Shown: positions 29,870 to 40,793, counted from the stretch's first letter. The stretch: DNA of 64,000 nt from Candidatus Bathyarchaeia archaeon (GCA_038883795.1 JAVZLK010000001.1:128001-192000); one strand, 5' to 3'. Notes: generated by a model not told the origin, from the letters alone. Program-made: numbers and translations.

Positions 29870-30610
29870 TTATATTGTTCTTTTCTTCTTTTGTCCAGCA
29901 CCCCTCGCCGCAATCAAACCAACCTTTTGTCCAGGTGGTGCTCCATGGGAGGTTGTTGTAACCTTTCTTGCGCTTCTTTTGCTACTGCCATAGGGGTGCA
30001 CAGCGGCAACCATTGCCCTACCACGAGTTCTTGGATACTTTCGCCCTCTCGCCTTCATCAAGTGAAATTTAACGCCAGCCTTCAAGAATGGTTTCTCTGT
30101 TCTGCCAGCCCCAGAAACAACACCGACAGTTGCTCTACAGCGGTCGTCAATATAGCGGGTCTTTCCCGAAGGAAGTCTGATTATGGTTCCTTGACCAGTA
30201 TGCGTAACAACCATAGCGTAAGCGCCGGAGGATTTTGCGATTTTGCCGCCGTCGCCTGGACGAAGCTCGATGTTACATATCATGGTGCCTTCTGGAATTT
30301 TTCCTACGGGAAGAATGTTGCCCACATCTACTGGAGCGTTTCCGCCCATCTGAATCTGTTGCCCTAGATACAATCCTTCTGGAACCACAGTGTAGCATGT
30401 TTCACCATTTTCAAATCTTATCAAGGCTAAGGGTGAACCTCTTCCAGGGTCATGAACGAACTCTTCAACAACCCCTTTTATCGTCTTTTCAAAATACTCT
30501 TCAGTCGTCATAGTTACGGGATATTGTGATGGAGCTACTCTTTTGTGAGTTGCCGCCCGGAATGTGGGGGCACCGCGTCCACGCCTTTGAACTCGAATTC
30601 TTTTTCCCAT
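29870..30610 (-). CDS. rpl2p: 50S ribosomal protein L2
   Basis: MGKRIRVQRRGRG, HDPGR, HPYG, PPGQKVGLIAAR. Confidence 0.97.
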   Translation of the reverse strand: MGKRIRVQRRGRGAPTFRAATHKRVAPSQYPVTMTTEEYFEKTIKGVVEEFVHDPGRGSPLALIRFENGETCYTVVPEGLYLGQQIQMGGNAPVDVGNILPVGKIPEGTMICNIELRPGDGGKIAKSSGAYAMVVTHTGQGTIIRLPSGKTRYIDDRCRATVGVVSGAGRTEKPFLKAGVKFHLMKARGRKYPRTRGRAMVAAVHPYGSSKRSARKVTTTSHGAPPGQKVGLIAARGAGQKKKRTI

Positions 30611-30631
30611 TAATCATCCCCTTACAAACTC

Positions 30632-30892
30632 TTACAATATTCCAAGTTTGATTGCTACATCTGCCGCTTTATAGTCTGGATGAAGCTTAACAAAAGCTTT
30701 CTTTTCCCCCTGCGGGGTAATTTGAAGGTTCACCTTTTCAACTTCAACTTCGTAAAGCTCTTCAACAGCCCTTTTAACATCTTTTTTGGTTGCCTTAAGA
30801 TTAACTATAAAAACAAGCTTATTTTCTTTTTCAACCATTAAGCTAGCAGCTTCGGTCATCAAAGGATAAAGTATAACTTCATATGGATCCAT
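30632..30892 (-). CDS. rpl23p: 50S ribosomal protein L23
   Basis: PLMTE, ENKLVFIV, KKAFVKL. Confidence 0.96.
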   Translation of the reverse strand: MDPYEVILYPLMTEAASLMVEKENKLVFIVNLKATKKDVKRAVEELYEVEVEKVNLQITPQGEKKAFVKLHPDYKAADVAIKLGIL

Positions 30893-31674
30893 TATGCTTT
30901 GCCTCCAAAAAGCTCATTAAGCTTCTCAATTGTGCCACGTGTCCAAATGGTAAGTCTTCCTGGATGCGCCCCCGGAGCAAGAAGTTCTGTGTTTAAATTG
31001 TTAAGCGTAACCACATCTAAACCCGGAATGTTCCGTGCAGCTTCCATTATCCCCTTATTCTCGTTCACAACTATGAGCGGCCCTACAGCTTGTTTTATTT
31101 TTCTTCCCCTTCGTTTGCCTTTTCCAGCGCGAATGTTTCTGCTTTCTTTAACTCGGTAAACGTCTGAAAATACCCCCAATTGTAGGAGAGTTTCTTCAAC
31201 CTCCTTTGTCCTTTTTAACTCTTCGATGTCGTCTGTAACGACAAGTGGAATTTGTGGAACATCCTCAATAGCGTGGTTTCGAGAGGCTACAACTTCTTTT
31301 TGAGCTGTTGCGGCAATTGCCGAAAGTAATGCAAGCCTCTTCTCCTTTTTCGGGATTTTTTTAAGAATTATTTTATTAGAAGTGGGCGGGTGAGCTGCTC
31401 TTCCGCCAACCGTTCCCGGAGCAAAAGCTCCTCGCGCACCTGGTCCTTTAATTCTTGGAATTCTTGCTATGCCAAGGTCTACTCCTCTAGATTCTGCTGA
31501 TGTTCTTTTTCCAGCCATTGGGTCTCTGCCTTGAGGCTGGATTCTGCTTGATTGTATGGCTAATACGGCTCTTTTTATGACATCTGGTCTTAAGGGAGTT
31601 TCAAAGACTGATGGAAGCTTTATTTTTCCGACTGGTTTTCCTTGAAGGTTAAAGACTTTTACTGTTCTTGCCAT
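30892..31674 (-). CDS. rpl4p: 50S ribosomal protein L4
   Basis: RPDVIKRAV, TSAES, RAGKGKRRGR, LAPGAHPGRLTIWT. Confidence 0.96.
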   Translation of the reverse strand: MARTVKVFNLQGKPVGKIKLPSVFETPLRPDVIKRAVLAIQSSRIQPQGRDPMAGKRTSAESRGVDLGIARIPRIKGPGARGAFAPGTVGGRAAHPPTSNKIILKKIPKKEKRLALLSAIAATAQKEVVASRNHAIEDVPQIPLVVTDDIEELKRTKEVEETLLQLGVFSDVYRVKESRNIRAGKGKRRGRKIKQAVGPLIVVNENKGIMEAARNIPGLDVVTLNNLNTELLAPGAHPGRLTIWTRGTIEKLNELFGGKA

Positions 31675-31690
31675 TTGTTCTTCACCAGCT

Positions 31691-32704
31691 TTACTTTCCT
31701 TGTGGTGATTCGAGGGATATTTGAGTGATTCGTGGCAATTCTTCGATGGCTTGTTTTGGTGGGCGAGCTGGATACCGCAGTTTTATTGGACGTTTTTCTG
31801 GTCCCGGCACACTTCCATCAAGCAGAATGTAGGGTCCGTGGACTATGCCGTATCTTATGAAGCCACCTTTCGGCGTTACTTCTTTTCCATCGTTTCCTAT
31901 TTTGAGAATGCGTTTGTTGTATTCTGTTCTTTGGTGAAAGCCCATTTGTCCAGCCCTTGGAACACTATACATTACGTGGTGGGGGTTCCATGGACCTAGG
32001 GTGGCTACGCCCCTTTTTGTCTTTCTTCCTTTATGTTGGAGGATTGTTACGCCCCAACGTTTTACTGGTCCTTGAAAGCCCTTTCCAGTAGAGACGGCGA
32101 TAACATCTACGTATTGTCCCTCTTTGAAAATTTCTGCTGGATTCACGGTTTTTCCAAGCAAGTTTTTTGCGTATTCAAATTGTTGTTGTATTGTTCCTCC
32201 GCCTACCTCAATTTCTGTTATGTCTGGTTTTTTCTTTGGCACGCCAGTTTGTTTAGGCTGGGTTATGGCAATAACTCGGATTTTTGTTATTTTATCCAAG
32301 TTTTCTTCAATTTTTTTGAGACTTTCTTCCGTGTTGAAGTTCTCCGGAAGGGTGAAAACCCTTTCAAGTTCTTCAGGAGGATCTTTCATCCACGCTTCCG
32401 TGATAGTTTGCAAACCATAAGCGTTTTTTGTGTAAGCCCGAACAGCACACACAAGCATTGGCGGAGTTTCTATAATAGTTGCAGCACGCATGACTTCTTT
32501 CCCATAATTTGGTGAACGCTTCCTATCCTCTATTGCAAATACGTAGGTCATGCCAGCCTTATAACCCATAAAACCCAAAAGCCTAGGCGTGTCAGCCACT
32601 ATTTTTGGCCAAAAGCGGATTCTAGCCACTAATCTTTTAGCACGTTTCCTAGGCAAATAAGCAAGCGAACCATGTTTTGGTGCGTGAGTTTTTCGGTGAC
32701 CCAT
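31691..32704 (-). CDS. rpl3p: 50S ribosomal protein L3
   Basis: HGSLAYLPRKRA, GYKAGMT, GKGFQGPVKRWG, GFHQRTEYNK. Confidence 0.97.
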   Translation of the reverse strand: MGHRKTHAPKHGSLAYLPRKRAKRLVARIRFWPKIVADTPRLLGFMGYKAGMTYVFAIEDRKRSPNYGKEVMRAATIIETPPMLVCAVRAYTKNAYGLQTITEAWMKDPPEELERVFTLPENFNTEESLKKIEENLDKITKIRVIAITQPKQTGVPKKKPDITEIEVGGGTIQQQFEYAKNLLGKTVNPAEIFKEGQYVDVIAVSTGKGFQGPVKRWGVTILQHKGRKTKRGVATLGPWNPHHVMYSVPRAGQMGFHQRTEYNKRILKIGNDGKEVTPKGGFIRYGIVHGPYILLDGSVPGPEKRPIKLRYPARPPKQAIEELPRITQISLESPQGK

Positions 32705-32868
32705 TGTTTCTCGCTTCGCGTCTTTTAGGAATAATAATAATGAGTTATAAACGTTACCGTTAAAGGCTAATTTTTGGAGCGAAAATTATCCAATACGGGT
32801 AGGCCCCTCTAGGTTTTTGCTCTAGTAAATGTTATAAAGTGAGAGATAGAGTCTTTTAGGGGTTTAGC

Positions 32869-33483
32869 GTGTCGGATATTGCGTCTAAAGTGGTTTTTGC
32901 CCTTTATAATTCTGGATGCTTAAAGTTTGGCACTTTCAAGATTAAATCTGGAGCCATAAGCCCCTACTACATCGACCTCGCCTCCCTACTTTCATCACCA
33001 AAAGACTTATCCACAATCACTGACTTGGCAGCAGAAAAAATTAAGGAGATTATGCAAACTGAAAAAATAGACAAGTTAGCCTCCATCGAATTGAAAGGTG
33101 CTCTAATACTGCCAAGCATAGCATGCAAAGCGAACTTGCCATGCACCATAGTAAGAAAAGAAGACAAGACTTATGGAGTTACTGGAAGGATTGCGGGAGC
33201 AGATGTTGTTGAAGGCGAAAACATACTATTCTTTGATGATGTTATCACTGAAGGATTATCCAAGCTTGAAGGAATAAAGGCATTAGAAATTCACGGAGCG
33301 CGTATTAAAAACGTGATGGTTGTAGTGGACAGAGAAGAAGGCGGCAAAGAAACCCTTGAAAAGTTAGGGTATAAAGTGCACGCTTTAACAAAAATTTCAG
33401 AACTTGTTAACTTTCTCTTTAGCTCAGAATACATTTCACAAGAACAAAGAGACGCTGTCTTAAACTATATTAAAAAGCCCTAA
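32869..33483 (+). CDS. pyrE: Orotate phosphoribosyltransferase
   Basis: FGTFKIKSG.SPYYIDL, VRKE.K.YG, FFDDVITEG, VDREEGG. Confidence 0.88.
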   Translation: MSDIASKVVFALYNSGCLKFGTFKIKSGAISPYYIDLASLLSSPKDLSTITDLAAEKIKEIMQTEKIDKLASIELKGALILPSIACKANLPCTIVRKEDKTYGVTGRIAGADVVEGENILFFDDVITEGLSKLEGIKALEIHGARIKNVMVVVDREEGGKETLEKLGYKVHALTKISELVNFLFSSEYISQEQRDAVLNYIKKP

Positions 33484-33538
33484 AATTAGTTTACTAAGAG
33501 GCATTTTGGCAAATAAAGATATGTTAGGCGACGCTGTT

Positions 33539-34006
33539 CTATATCCTTTCATCTAAATAACAATAACCAGCAGCTACTTTCTGACGTATCTCCTCAATCC
33601 ATTTGTCAACGCCAAAAATCTTAATCTTCTTTATTCCTTCTAAGGCATGAGGCCCATATTTTTTAAGTTTTTCACACTCTTCAATTTCAGTGCATTCTGC
33701 ACAAGTGGTGTAGTTTTTTACCTTACAACAATTACGAACCGCACAATTAGGGTCTCCACCGCCAGCCACGCATCCTGGGCACTCACCAAATATTTTAACC
33801 CAGCCATCTAGAACTTTTTCGTATTCTGCGTAGTGTTGAAAGGCTGGTTCCCATTTTGCTAGTTCTGGGGCAATTTTGTCAAAGCCATATGCTTTTGTAA
33901 CTTTTCGAAGATTTTCAACAGCCTGTTTTATTTTTCCTTGATATATTCCACAAGCACCACAATATAAACCGCAATATCCTACCAAACTTTTGTTAGATTC
34001 TGCCAA
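33539..34006 (-). CDS. Cys-rich DUF3795-like protein
   Basis: GYCGLYCGAC..CPGC..CAVRNCC..CAEC..C; TTG start at 34006 preferred. Confidence 0.78.
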   Translation of the reverse strand: MAESNKSLVGYCGLYCGACGIYQGKIKQAVENLRKVTKAYGFDKIAPELAKWEPAFQHYAEYEKVLDGWVKIFGECPGCVAGGGDPNCAVRNCCKVKNYTTCAECTEIEECEKLKKYGPHALEGIKKIKIFGVDKWIEEIRQKVAAGYCYLDERI

Positions 34007-34163
34007 CAGAAGATGCCCCTTGCATACTAATCGTAAAGATGTAGTTAAGCTTTCCCAGAAAAAGAGCAATTTCGCAAGAACAAGCAGATACCGTGCTGAA
34101 TTATGCTTAAACGAAAAACTTTTGGCTGTATGAAACAATTAAGCTTCAACGGAGAAGTAAAAG

Positions 34164-34391
34164 ATGAAAACCTACTTAACAATAATATTTAGCAGTGAAG
34201 GGGCAAACCCAATAGAAGTTGTTGAACGATTGCGCTCTATTGGATTCAAGCCTTTAAAGGGAGTGCACGACCATGTTTACGACTGGGGCAAAAAGAAAGT
34301 TGAGCTTGAGGACATTCTACAAGTTGCATGCTCAGTCCATGAAACCCTAAAGGGCTGCAAAGTACTTTACAAATTACAGACAAAAGAATAA
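34164..34391 (+). CDS. Small conserved hypothetical protein
   Basis: MKTYLTIIFSSEGA..GFKP..HDHVYDW..HETLKG; GGAG upstream. Confidence 0.7.
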   Translation: MKTYLTIIFSSEGANPIEVVERLRSIGFKPLKGVHDHVYDWGKKKVELEDILQVACSVHETLKGCKVLYKLQTKE

Positions 34392-34399
34392 CATCATGC

Positions 34400-34966
34400 T
34401 CAATAGTAACGTTCAACAATAACCATCATTATTTTTTTGGCACACTCTTCGGGAGACAACCTTGCCGCGTCAACTTTCACTTCTGGGTTTAATGGTTCTT
34501 CGTAGGGTTGTCCAATTCCAGGCACCGTTGGCGCTTCGCCCTTCAAAGCTTTTTCATATATCTTCTTAGGAGCCAGATGTGTTTCTGTGCGTCTGGATTC
34601 TCGCTGCATGCAGATTTCTAAGGGACATTCAAGGTACGCCTCTATAAACTTTGGGATTTGCGCCCTTGCATTTTTGCGGTAACATCTTAGGTTCCCAGTT
34701 GCGTCTATAATCACGTTAACTCCATTATCTGTAAGCAGTTTGGCAATGTAAACAAGGGTTGCGTAAACAGCATTACGCTCCTCCACGGTGTATTTTGGTT
34801 TCGGCGTCATTACTTTTCGCAGAGAATCCGATGACAAAAGTTGTGCATGAATTCCCTTTTTTTCAAGAAGGTTGAGTAAAGCTTTTGCGACAACGGATTT
34901 TCCGCTGCCGGGCAAACCAGTAACCCAGACACACCAGCCTTCTTTAACCATGAATCTCGCTTCCAT
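34400..34966 (-). CDS. Adenylyl-sulfate kinase-like P-loop kinase
   Basis: WVTGLPGSGKS, CPLEIC..R, VPGIGQPYEEP. Confidence 0.8.
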   Translation of the reverse strand: MEARFMVKEGWCVWVTGLPGSGKSVVAKALLNLLEKKGIHAQLLSSDSLRKVMTPKPKYTVEERNAVYATLVYIAKLLTDNGVNVIIDATGNLRCYRKNARAQIPKFIEAYLECPLEICMQRESRRTETHLAPKKIYEKALKGEAPTVPGIGQPYEEPLNPEVKVDAARLSPEECAKKIMMVIVERYY

Positions 34967-35372
34967 AAAACAAATTTAATGGCAATTCACTCATAAATCC
35001 TCTCAAAAACTCGTAATCTCCTATCTTAAACAAGTGACTTATGCACTTGCAATCTGAAGAACCAAAACCTTGTACGGGAATGCTCTTTTTACTTATGACC
35101 CCTGCTACTTCACATTCACTAAAGGATCCCCGCACTGTAAAAACCCTCAAAACTTTTACATTATCGTCAATGAGCAGATGGTCTATGTGCCAAAATTTTG
35201 GTTTATCTTTCCTCAAGTGGCGTTTTACCCTTTTGTCTAAACCTTTTTTAGCTGAACCTACATAGGCGTAAATGCCCTTTTCAAAGTTTAAGTTTCCCAA
35301 GGCACCTACATTCACGCTAATATTTTTGTTAACCTTGATAATTAAAACATAAATACTGTTCACTGCGCTCAT
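34944..35372 (-). CDS. GIY-YIG (DUF123/Uri) nuclease-family protein
   Basis: GIYAYVGSA..RVKRH..WHIDHL..GFGSSDCKCISHL. Confidence 0.87.
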   Translation of the reverse strand: MSAVNSIYVLIIKVNKNISVNVGALGNLNFEKGIYAYVGSAKKGLDKRVKRHLRKDKPKFWHIDHLLIDDNVKVLRVFTVRGSFSECEVAGVISKKSIPVQGFGSSDCKCISHLFKIGDYEFLRGFMSELPLNLFYGSEIHG

Positions 35373-35551
35373 CCGTTTAAGAATTATTTGGGTTATACCA
35401 TTTCAAAATTTCATTAATAGCCTCATCGGAATAGCCCATTTTTTTAAGTTGCCTTTTCAAATCCTCGATTAACTCATCATCCAAATCAGACGCCACAAAC
35501 AGCAAAGATTCAATCCAAAACTATTTATCCTTTATCCTCAACGGTTAAGCC

Positions 35552-35998
35552 ATGCCAAACCAAAAAATACTCCACCACGTAACCTATTGTAGCTTATACT
35601 GCAAACTCTGCGCACAACAAAGTCGCATACCAAAACAAGCCGCCCAGCTAAAACAAAGCCTCCATGAAGAAGGGTTTGACGACTTTTCCCAATATTCTGG
35701 CAGTTTCTGCAAAAACTCGCAACATTCAATTGCAACTGCAGAATAGGTAAAGGTGGACCTCCAGACTGCAAAATCCGTAACTGCGCCAAAGAAAAAGGCA
35801 TAGAAGTTTGCCCAAGTGCAAAGAGTATCATGCGCGCGTATCAAAGCACTAGCACTACATTATCCAACCTTAATTCAAGATGGAAAACGTTTGCAAAAGG
35901 TTGGCATAGAAAAATGGGTTAGGGAACAAGAGAAGAGAGCTAAGCGTGGAGTGGTTTACGCGGATATACGCTATAAAATGAGAACTAAATTTCACTAA
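35552..35998 (+). pseudogene. Frameshifted DUF3795-like gene
   Basis: YCSLYCKLC in one frame, CRIGKGGPPDCKIRNCAKEKGIEVCP in a second, GIEKWVREQ in the last segment; at least two frameshifts. Confidence 0.7.
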
Positions 35999-37109
35999 TG
36001 TAGGAGTTTACACGCTCTAAATCGAATTTTTCAAAATGCAAAACATTCCTTACGAAGTTTAGAAGTTTTATGCGAACATCCTTGCTGAGGTTGGGATACC
36101 AAATCGGTGAAGCAACAACCAGCCCACGCCAAGCATAGAAGGGCTGAACAACCTCAAGAATCTCCCAATCGTCTGTTTTCTCCAAATAGTTTTCCCAGAA
36201 CAAACGGAACAAACGTTCAAAAACTCCAGTTAACTCGCCATACTTTTGCAAAGAATAAAAGATGTAATTAATTGTCATAGCAGTAACATCATCTGCAGGT
36301 TCGCCCCACTCGCCTCGGCTGCGGTCTAAAACTGTAAAGTCCGTGCCTTCGCGAAACATAACATTCCATGGATGAAAATCGCCGTGCACTTGACTAAGCC
36401 TATGGGCTTTGCGCTTAAGCCTCCAACGCCAAACGGTGCAGTCTCTTTCGATATCAATAAGGCTTGACTCATTGACAAAATCAAGTTCAGGTGAATAACT
36501 ATCCAGCAAGCCCATGATACATTCTCCATGTCCAATAAGTTCACGGGCACGCCTAACATAAAGCCATGGAGCATCCCGCTTAACCTTATGAATTTCAACA
36601 AGATAATTCGACAAGGCTAAACAGCGTTGCTCATCCAACTCGCTTAACTGCCCAGTCTCTTTTAAACGGTCAAGGTCGAAATGGTAGAGTTTACCATCAA
36701 CAAGCTCGGTTAAAATGAAAAATTCGCCACAATCACCCAAAGATTTTAAGCCGTCGCCTTTTACTTTAAAAGCACCCACATCAATTGAACGCACATGACG
36801 CGGTAACCTATTAAATGCAGAATGCTGCCAAAGCAAAATCTGCGCCCTATCAGAGAAATAATCATGCCCAAAACCTTCAGAATGCATGGTCTCCAAAACA
36901 ACCCGCTTAGTCACCCCATCAACCGTAAACTCGATAACATAAGGAACGCCATAACCAAAACCCTTCAAATCCTTTGAGGTCTTAGACCTTTTAGAACCAA
37001 GTCTCCAAACTCCACAAATCTTGACGTCAGCGTTATATAAGGAAGATAGATATTCACGTAGAACATTTTCGGAAACTTTTAATTGATAATTATCTCTTTT
37101 TGTAGTCAT
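35985..37109 (-). CDS. Aminoglycoside-phosphotransferase-like kinase
   Basis: VHGDFHPWN Brenner motif, LDRSRGEWGEPADD. Confidence 0.82.
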   Translation of the reverse strand: MTTKRDNYQLKVSENVLREYLSSLYNADVKICGVWRLGSKRSKTSKDLKGFGYGVPYVIEFTVDGVTKRVVLETMHSEGFGHDYFSDRAQILLWQHSAFNRLPRHVRSIDVGAFKVKGDGLKSLGDCGEFFILTELVDGKLYHFDLDRLKETGQLSELDEQRCLALSNYLVEIHKVKRDAPWLYVRRARELIGHGECIMGLLDSYSPELDFVNESSLIDIERDCTVWRWRLKRKAHRLSQVHGDFHPWNVMFREGTDFTVLDRSRGEWGEPADDVTAMTINYIFYSLQKYGELTGVFERLFRLFWENYLEKTDDWEILEVVQPFYAWRGLVVASPIWYPNLSKDVRIKLLNFVRNVLHFEKFDLERVNSYISEI

Positions 37110-37572
37110 CTGACTTCACCCACACTAGAACATCTCGCCACAAATAAAGGCTTAAGGTGAAAGCTGTACTTAAGTATATAAGCAAGTTGATTGAAAACCA
37201 AGAAATTCTGCCGCTACTGCGGTACGGTAAAAGAAAGTTTCCGATAAATGCCACCGTGATTCTCATATAAACATAACAAGCGGTTCCTACTAAAAGGAGA
37301 AAGAGAATTTTATCAAAAGTTCGAGAGGGATCAAGTTTTCTGTTCTTGATACACCATAAAGCATAAGCAAAACCGCTTAGGGTTAACAAATAAACAGGAA
37401 TGTAAAGGTAGGTTAAACCAGCATTAACAAATATTTTGGCTAAGGGCCCAGCCTCATACTGCGAAAGCGAATACCCCAAACTTTCAACATACAATGTGGA
37501 GATTACATCCAACACCCCCAGAAAGGGAGAAACCCAAATAACTTTGTCAACGCTATCCAACTTTTCCATCAT
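37090..37572 (-). CDS. Membrane protein
   Basis: Four hydrophobic segments; LDVIST..EAGP. Confidence 0.65.
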   Translation of the reverse strand: MMEKLDSVDKVIWVSPFLGVLDVISTLYVESLGYSLSQYEAGPLAKIFVNAGLTYLYIPVYLLTLSGFAYALWCIKNRKLDPSRTFDKILFLLLVGTACYVYMRITVAFIGNFLLPYRSSGRISWFSINLLIYLSTAFTLSLYLWRDVLVWVKSDDYKKR

Positions 37573-37645
37573 ACCCTACTATAACAACATAATGAAAGCT
37601 TAAAAATTATAATATTACACTTTAAGCATCCTTATAGCGATTAAA

Positions 37646-39001
37646 ATGAACATACTAATCCAAAATGGAACCATCTTGACAATGCATGATGGAGAAGTTA
37701 TACGGCAGGGTGCTGTCGCAATAGAAGAGGAAACAATAGTTGATGTTGGGAAAACAAACGAGCTAAAAGGAAAGTATGGAAGAGGCTACGAAAAAATAGA
37801 CGCAAAAGGCAAAATAATCATGCCAGGATTTGTTAACACGCATCAACATGCTGCCATGAGCTTATTACGAGGATACGCTGACGACTTACCACTACAAGAA
37901 TGGCTGGAAAAATGGATATGGCCCATAGAAAAACACATGACCGCCCATGAAATTTACGTTGGGGCCCTATTAACAGCGGTGGAATCCATAATGGGTGGAA
38001 CAACAACAGTCAACACCATGTACCATTACACACCAGAAGAAAACGAGGCAAAAGCCTTCGCCGACGCCGGATTAAGAGGGGTAATCGGCCATGTTTGCTT
38101 CTCATGGAGAAAAAAGGAGGATAGAAAAGCATTATGGGATTTGGCTAAAAACTGGCACAATAAAGGAAAAGGATTGATCCGCGTCAGCGTGGACCCCCAT
38201 GCGCCTTATACTGTTGACCCAGAATACATGAAAGAACTGAAAACGCTAAGAGAAGAGTTGACTGAAAAGTATGGTTCAGAAAATGCGCCAATAATTTGGC
38301 ATACACATATTGCTGAAACAAACGATGAACCAGAAAAAATCCGAAAGGCCTTCAACATCCAAATTAAAAATGGAATTATGAAATATTTAGATTCTTTAGG
38401 AGTTTTGAATGAGAGGGTGGTTGCAGCCCACTGTGTAGCCTTAACAGATGAAGACATTAAAATCATGGAAAAAAGAGATGTAAAAGTTTCACATAGTCCC
38501 ATTTCAAATCTTAAACTTGCCTCTGGAATAAGCCCCATTCCAAAAATGCTGGAAGAAGGCATAACAGTTTCCTTAGGCACAGATAGTCCATGCTCAAACA
38601 ATACTGCAGACATGTTTGAAACCATGAAAACCACTGCCATTTTACATAAAGGAATAAACAAAAATCCAACCCTTTTGCCAGCGGAAAAAATTTTGGAAAT
38701 GGCAACTATAAATGGTGCAAAAGCTTTGGCTTGGGATAAGGAAATAGGTTCAATAGCTGTGGGTAAAAAAGCAGATTTAATTATTATCAGCCTAAAAAAG
38801 CCCCATCTCACTCCCCTCCACAATGAAACAAGTCATATGGTTTACGCTGGAAAATCCTCCGATGTGGAAACCGTCATAATAAACGGCAAAATAATCATGG
38901 AAAATGGAACACTAAAAACTTTGAACGTTGAGAAAATTATGGTGCTTGCCGAAAAAGCCAAAAATAACCTTCTTAGACGGGCAAACGCCAACATTAAATA
39001 G
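37646..39001 (+). CDS. mtaD: MTA/SAH deaminase (amidohydrolase)
   Basis: [32 protein letters not shown]; directly upstream of ahcY. Confidence 0.85.
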   Translation: MNILIQNGTILTMHDGEVIRQGAVAIEEETIVDVGKTNELKGKYGRGYEKIDAKGKIIMPGFVNTHQHAAMSLLRGYADDLPLQEWLEKWIWPIEKHMTAHEIYVGALLTAVESIMGGTTTVNTMYHYTPEENEAKAFADAGLRGVIGHVCFSWRKKEDRKALWDLAKNWHNKGKGLIRVSVDPHAPYTVDPEYMKELKTLREELTEKYGSENAPIIWHTHIAETNDEPEKIRKAFNIQIKNGIMKYLDSLGVLNERVVAAHCVALTDEDIKIMEKRDVKVSHSPISNLKLASGISPIPKMLEEGITVSLGTDSPCSNNTADMFETMKTTAILHKGINKNPTLLPAEKILEMATINGAKALAWDKEIGSIAVGKKADLIIISLKKPHLTPLHNETSHMVYAGKSSDVETVIINGKIIMENGTLKTLNVEKIMVLAEKAKNNLLRRANANIK

Positions 39002-39036
39002 TTAGTTTTAATGAGGATAAAAGGAAGGAGTTTGAA

Positions 39037-40293
39037 ATGGAAAATTTCAAAGTAAAAGACGCAAGCCTTGCCTCTAAAGGACGTTTACAAATAGAGTGGG
39101 CATCAAAACACATGCCAGTTCTAAACCAAATAAAAGAAAGATTCCAAAAAGAAAAACCCCTCAGAAACCTAACCTTAGGCGCATGCTTACATGTAACAAA
39201 GGAGACAGCTGTCCTCATTGAAACTTTTCTTGCTGGCGGAGCAAAAGTTGCATTATGTGGTTCCAATCCGCTTTCTACACAAGATGATGTAGCAGCCGCC
39301 CTTACAGAAAAGGGCGTGAATGTTTTCGCTTGGAGAGGACAAACAACAAAGGAGTATTACTGGTGCATTGAGAAGGTGATAGACTACAAGCCAAAAATAA
39401 CGCTTGATGACGGCGCAGACCTTGTTGGAACAATTCATAACAAAAGAACAGAAGCAATACCAAACATTAAAGGAGGCACGGAAGAAACCACCACGGGTGT
39501 CTTACGATTAAGAGCTATGGAAAAAACTGGTGCACTAAAATATGCAATAATAGCCGTAAACGATGCTTATACCAAATACTTGTTTGACAACAGATACGGA
39601 ACAGGGCAAAGCACCATAGACGGAATCCTAAGAGCCACAAACATCCTTTTAGCAGGCAAAAACTTTGTCGTCTGCGGTTACGGATGGTGCGGAAGAGGAA
39701 TAGCCATGAGAGCGCAAGGAATGGGCGCCAATGTAATAATAACTGAAGTTAACCCTTTAAGGGCTTTGGAAGCAGCAATGAACGGTTTCCGCATAATGCC
39801 GATAGCCGAAGCAGCAGAAATAGGCGACATATTCGTAACAGCCACAGGCGACATAAGCGTCATAAGAAAAGAACACATGCAAAAAATGAAAGACGGTGCC
39901 ATACTAGCCAACAGCGGCCACTTCAATGTTGAAATAAACCTTAAGGAGCTCGAGGAATTAGCGGTTTCAAAGCGAACCATTAGACCAAACCTTGAAGAGT
40001 ACACGTTAAAAGATGGAAGAAAACTGTATCTTCTAGCTGAAGGAAGACTTGTGAATCTGGCATCAGCGGAAGGACATCCTTCAGAGGTTATGGACATGTC
40101 CTTTGCGAACCAAGCCCTCTGCGTTGAATACTTGGCCAAAAACGAAAAAATGCCACCAAAAGTTTACGAAGTCCCAAAAGAAGTGGACGAAACTGTTGCT
40201 AGGTTGAAGCTTAACGCGATGAAAATAAAGATAGACGAGTTGACGGATGAGCAGAAAAGGTATTTGGCAACATGGGAAATGGGAACTATATAG
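39037..40293 (+). CDS. ahcY: Adenosylhomocysteinase
   Basis: [49 protein letters not shown]. Confidence 0.97.
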   Translation: MENFKVKDASLASKGRLQIEWASKHMPVLNQIKERFQKEKPLRNLTLGACLHVTKETAVLIETFLAGGAKVALCGSNPLSTQDDVAAALTEKGVNVFAWRGQTTKEYYWCIEKVIDYKPKITLDDGADLVGTIHNKRTEAIPNIKGGTEETTTGVLRLRAMEKTGALKYAIIAVNDAYTKYLFDNRYGTGQSTIDGILRATNILLAGKNFVVCGYGWCGRGIAMRAQGMGANVIITEVNPLRALEAAMNGFRIMPIAEAAEIGDIFVTATGDISVIRKEHMQKMKDGAILANSGHFNVEINLKELEELAVSKRTIRPNLEEYTLKDGRKLYLLAEGRLVNLASAEGHPSEVMDMSFANQALCVEYLAKNEKMPPKVYEVPKEVDETVARLKLNAMKIKIDELTDEQKRYLATWEMGTI

Positions 40294-40369
40294 AATTGAA
40301 ACCGAAAGCTATGGTAAACTTTTTAAAGCTTAAACGAATAAACATGGCTTACATAGGGTGATGATATAA

Positions 40370-40714
40370 ATGGTTAGTAAAGACCAAACAATTGGCGGAA
40401 TAATATTTATAGTCTGCTTAATAGTAGGCATATTATACACTGTTGGATTGTTCTACTTCGGAGAACCCTTTAAACCTTGGCCAATAGAGTTTTGGCTTGT
40501 TGCAATTCCAGTGTTTCTCGCATTCATTGCCATAATGGGCATTGGAGCATGGATAGGTTGGACTATGGCTACAACGCCACCACCGAAACCAATAGAAGAG
40601 ATAACAAGCGAAGTGGAAGAGAAAAAGGAAGAAGAGAAGCCGGAAGAAAAACCAGTGGAAGAGGCAACAGAAACTGAAGAAGAGAAAAAGCCTGAAAAGA
40701 AAAAGAAAAGCTAA
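40370..40714 (+). CDS. Two-TM membrane protein with acidic/lysine-rich tail (DPM2-like by eye)
   Basis: DQTIG..LYT TM1, VAIP..GAWIGWTM TM2, EEK-rich tail; GGGTGA SD. Confidence 0.75.
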   Translation: MVSKDQTIGGIIFIVCLIVGILYTVGLFYFGEPFKPWPIEFWLVAIPVFLAFIAIMGIGAWIGWTMATTPPPKPIEEITSEVEEKKEEEKPEEKPVEEATETEEEKKPEKKKKS

Positions 40715-40793
40715 AAGCAACAACTTTCGCTAAAATCTCATCTTACAAAATTTTATCCATATTTTATGTAGCAAACTAATAGGAAAACAAAAA

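Noticed and set aside
40600-40714. GAA/AAG-rich low-complexity tract (similar one at 25180-25270)
   Set aside because: It is explained by Glu/Lys-rich protein tails, not a DNA repeat element.
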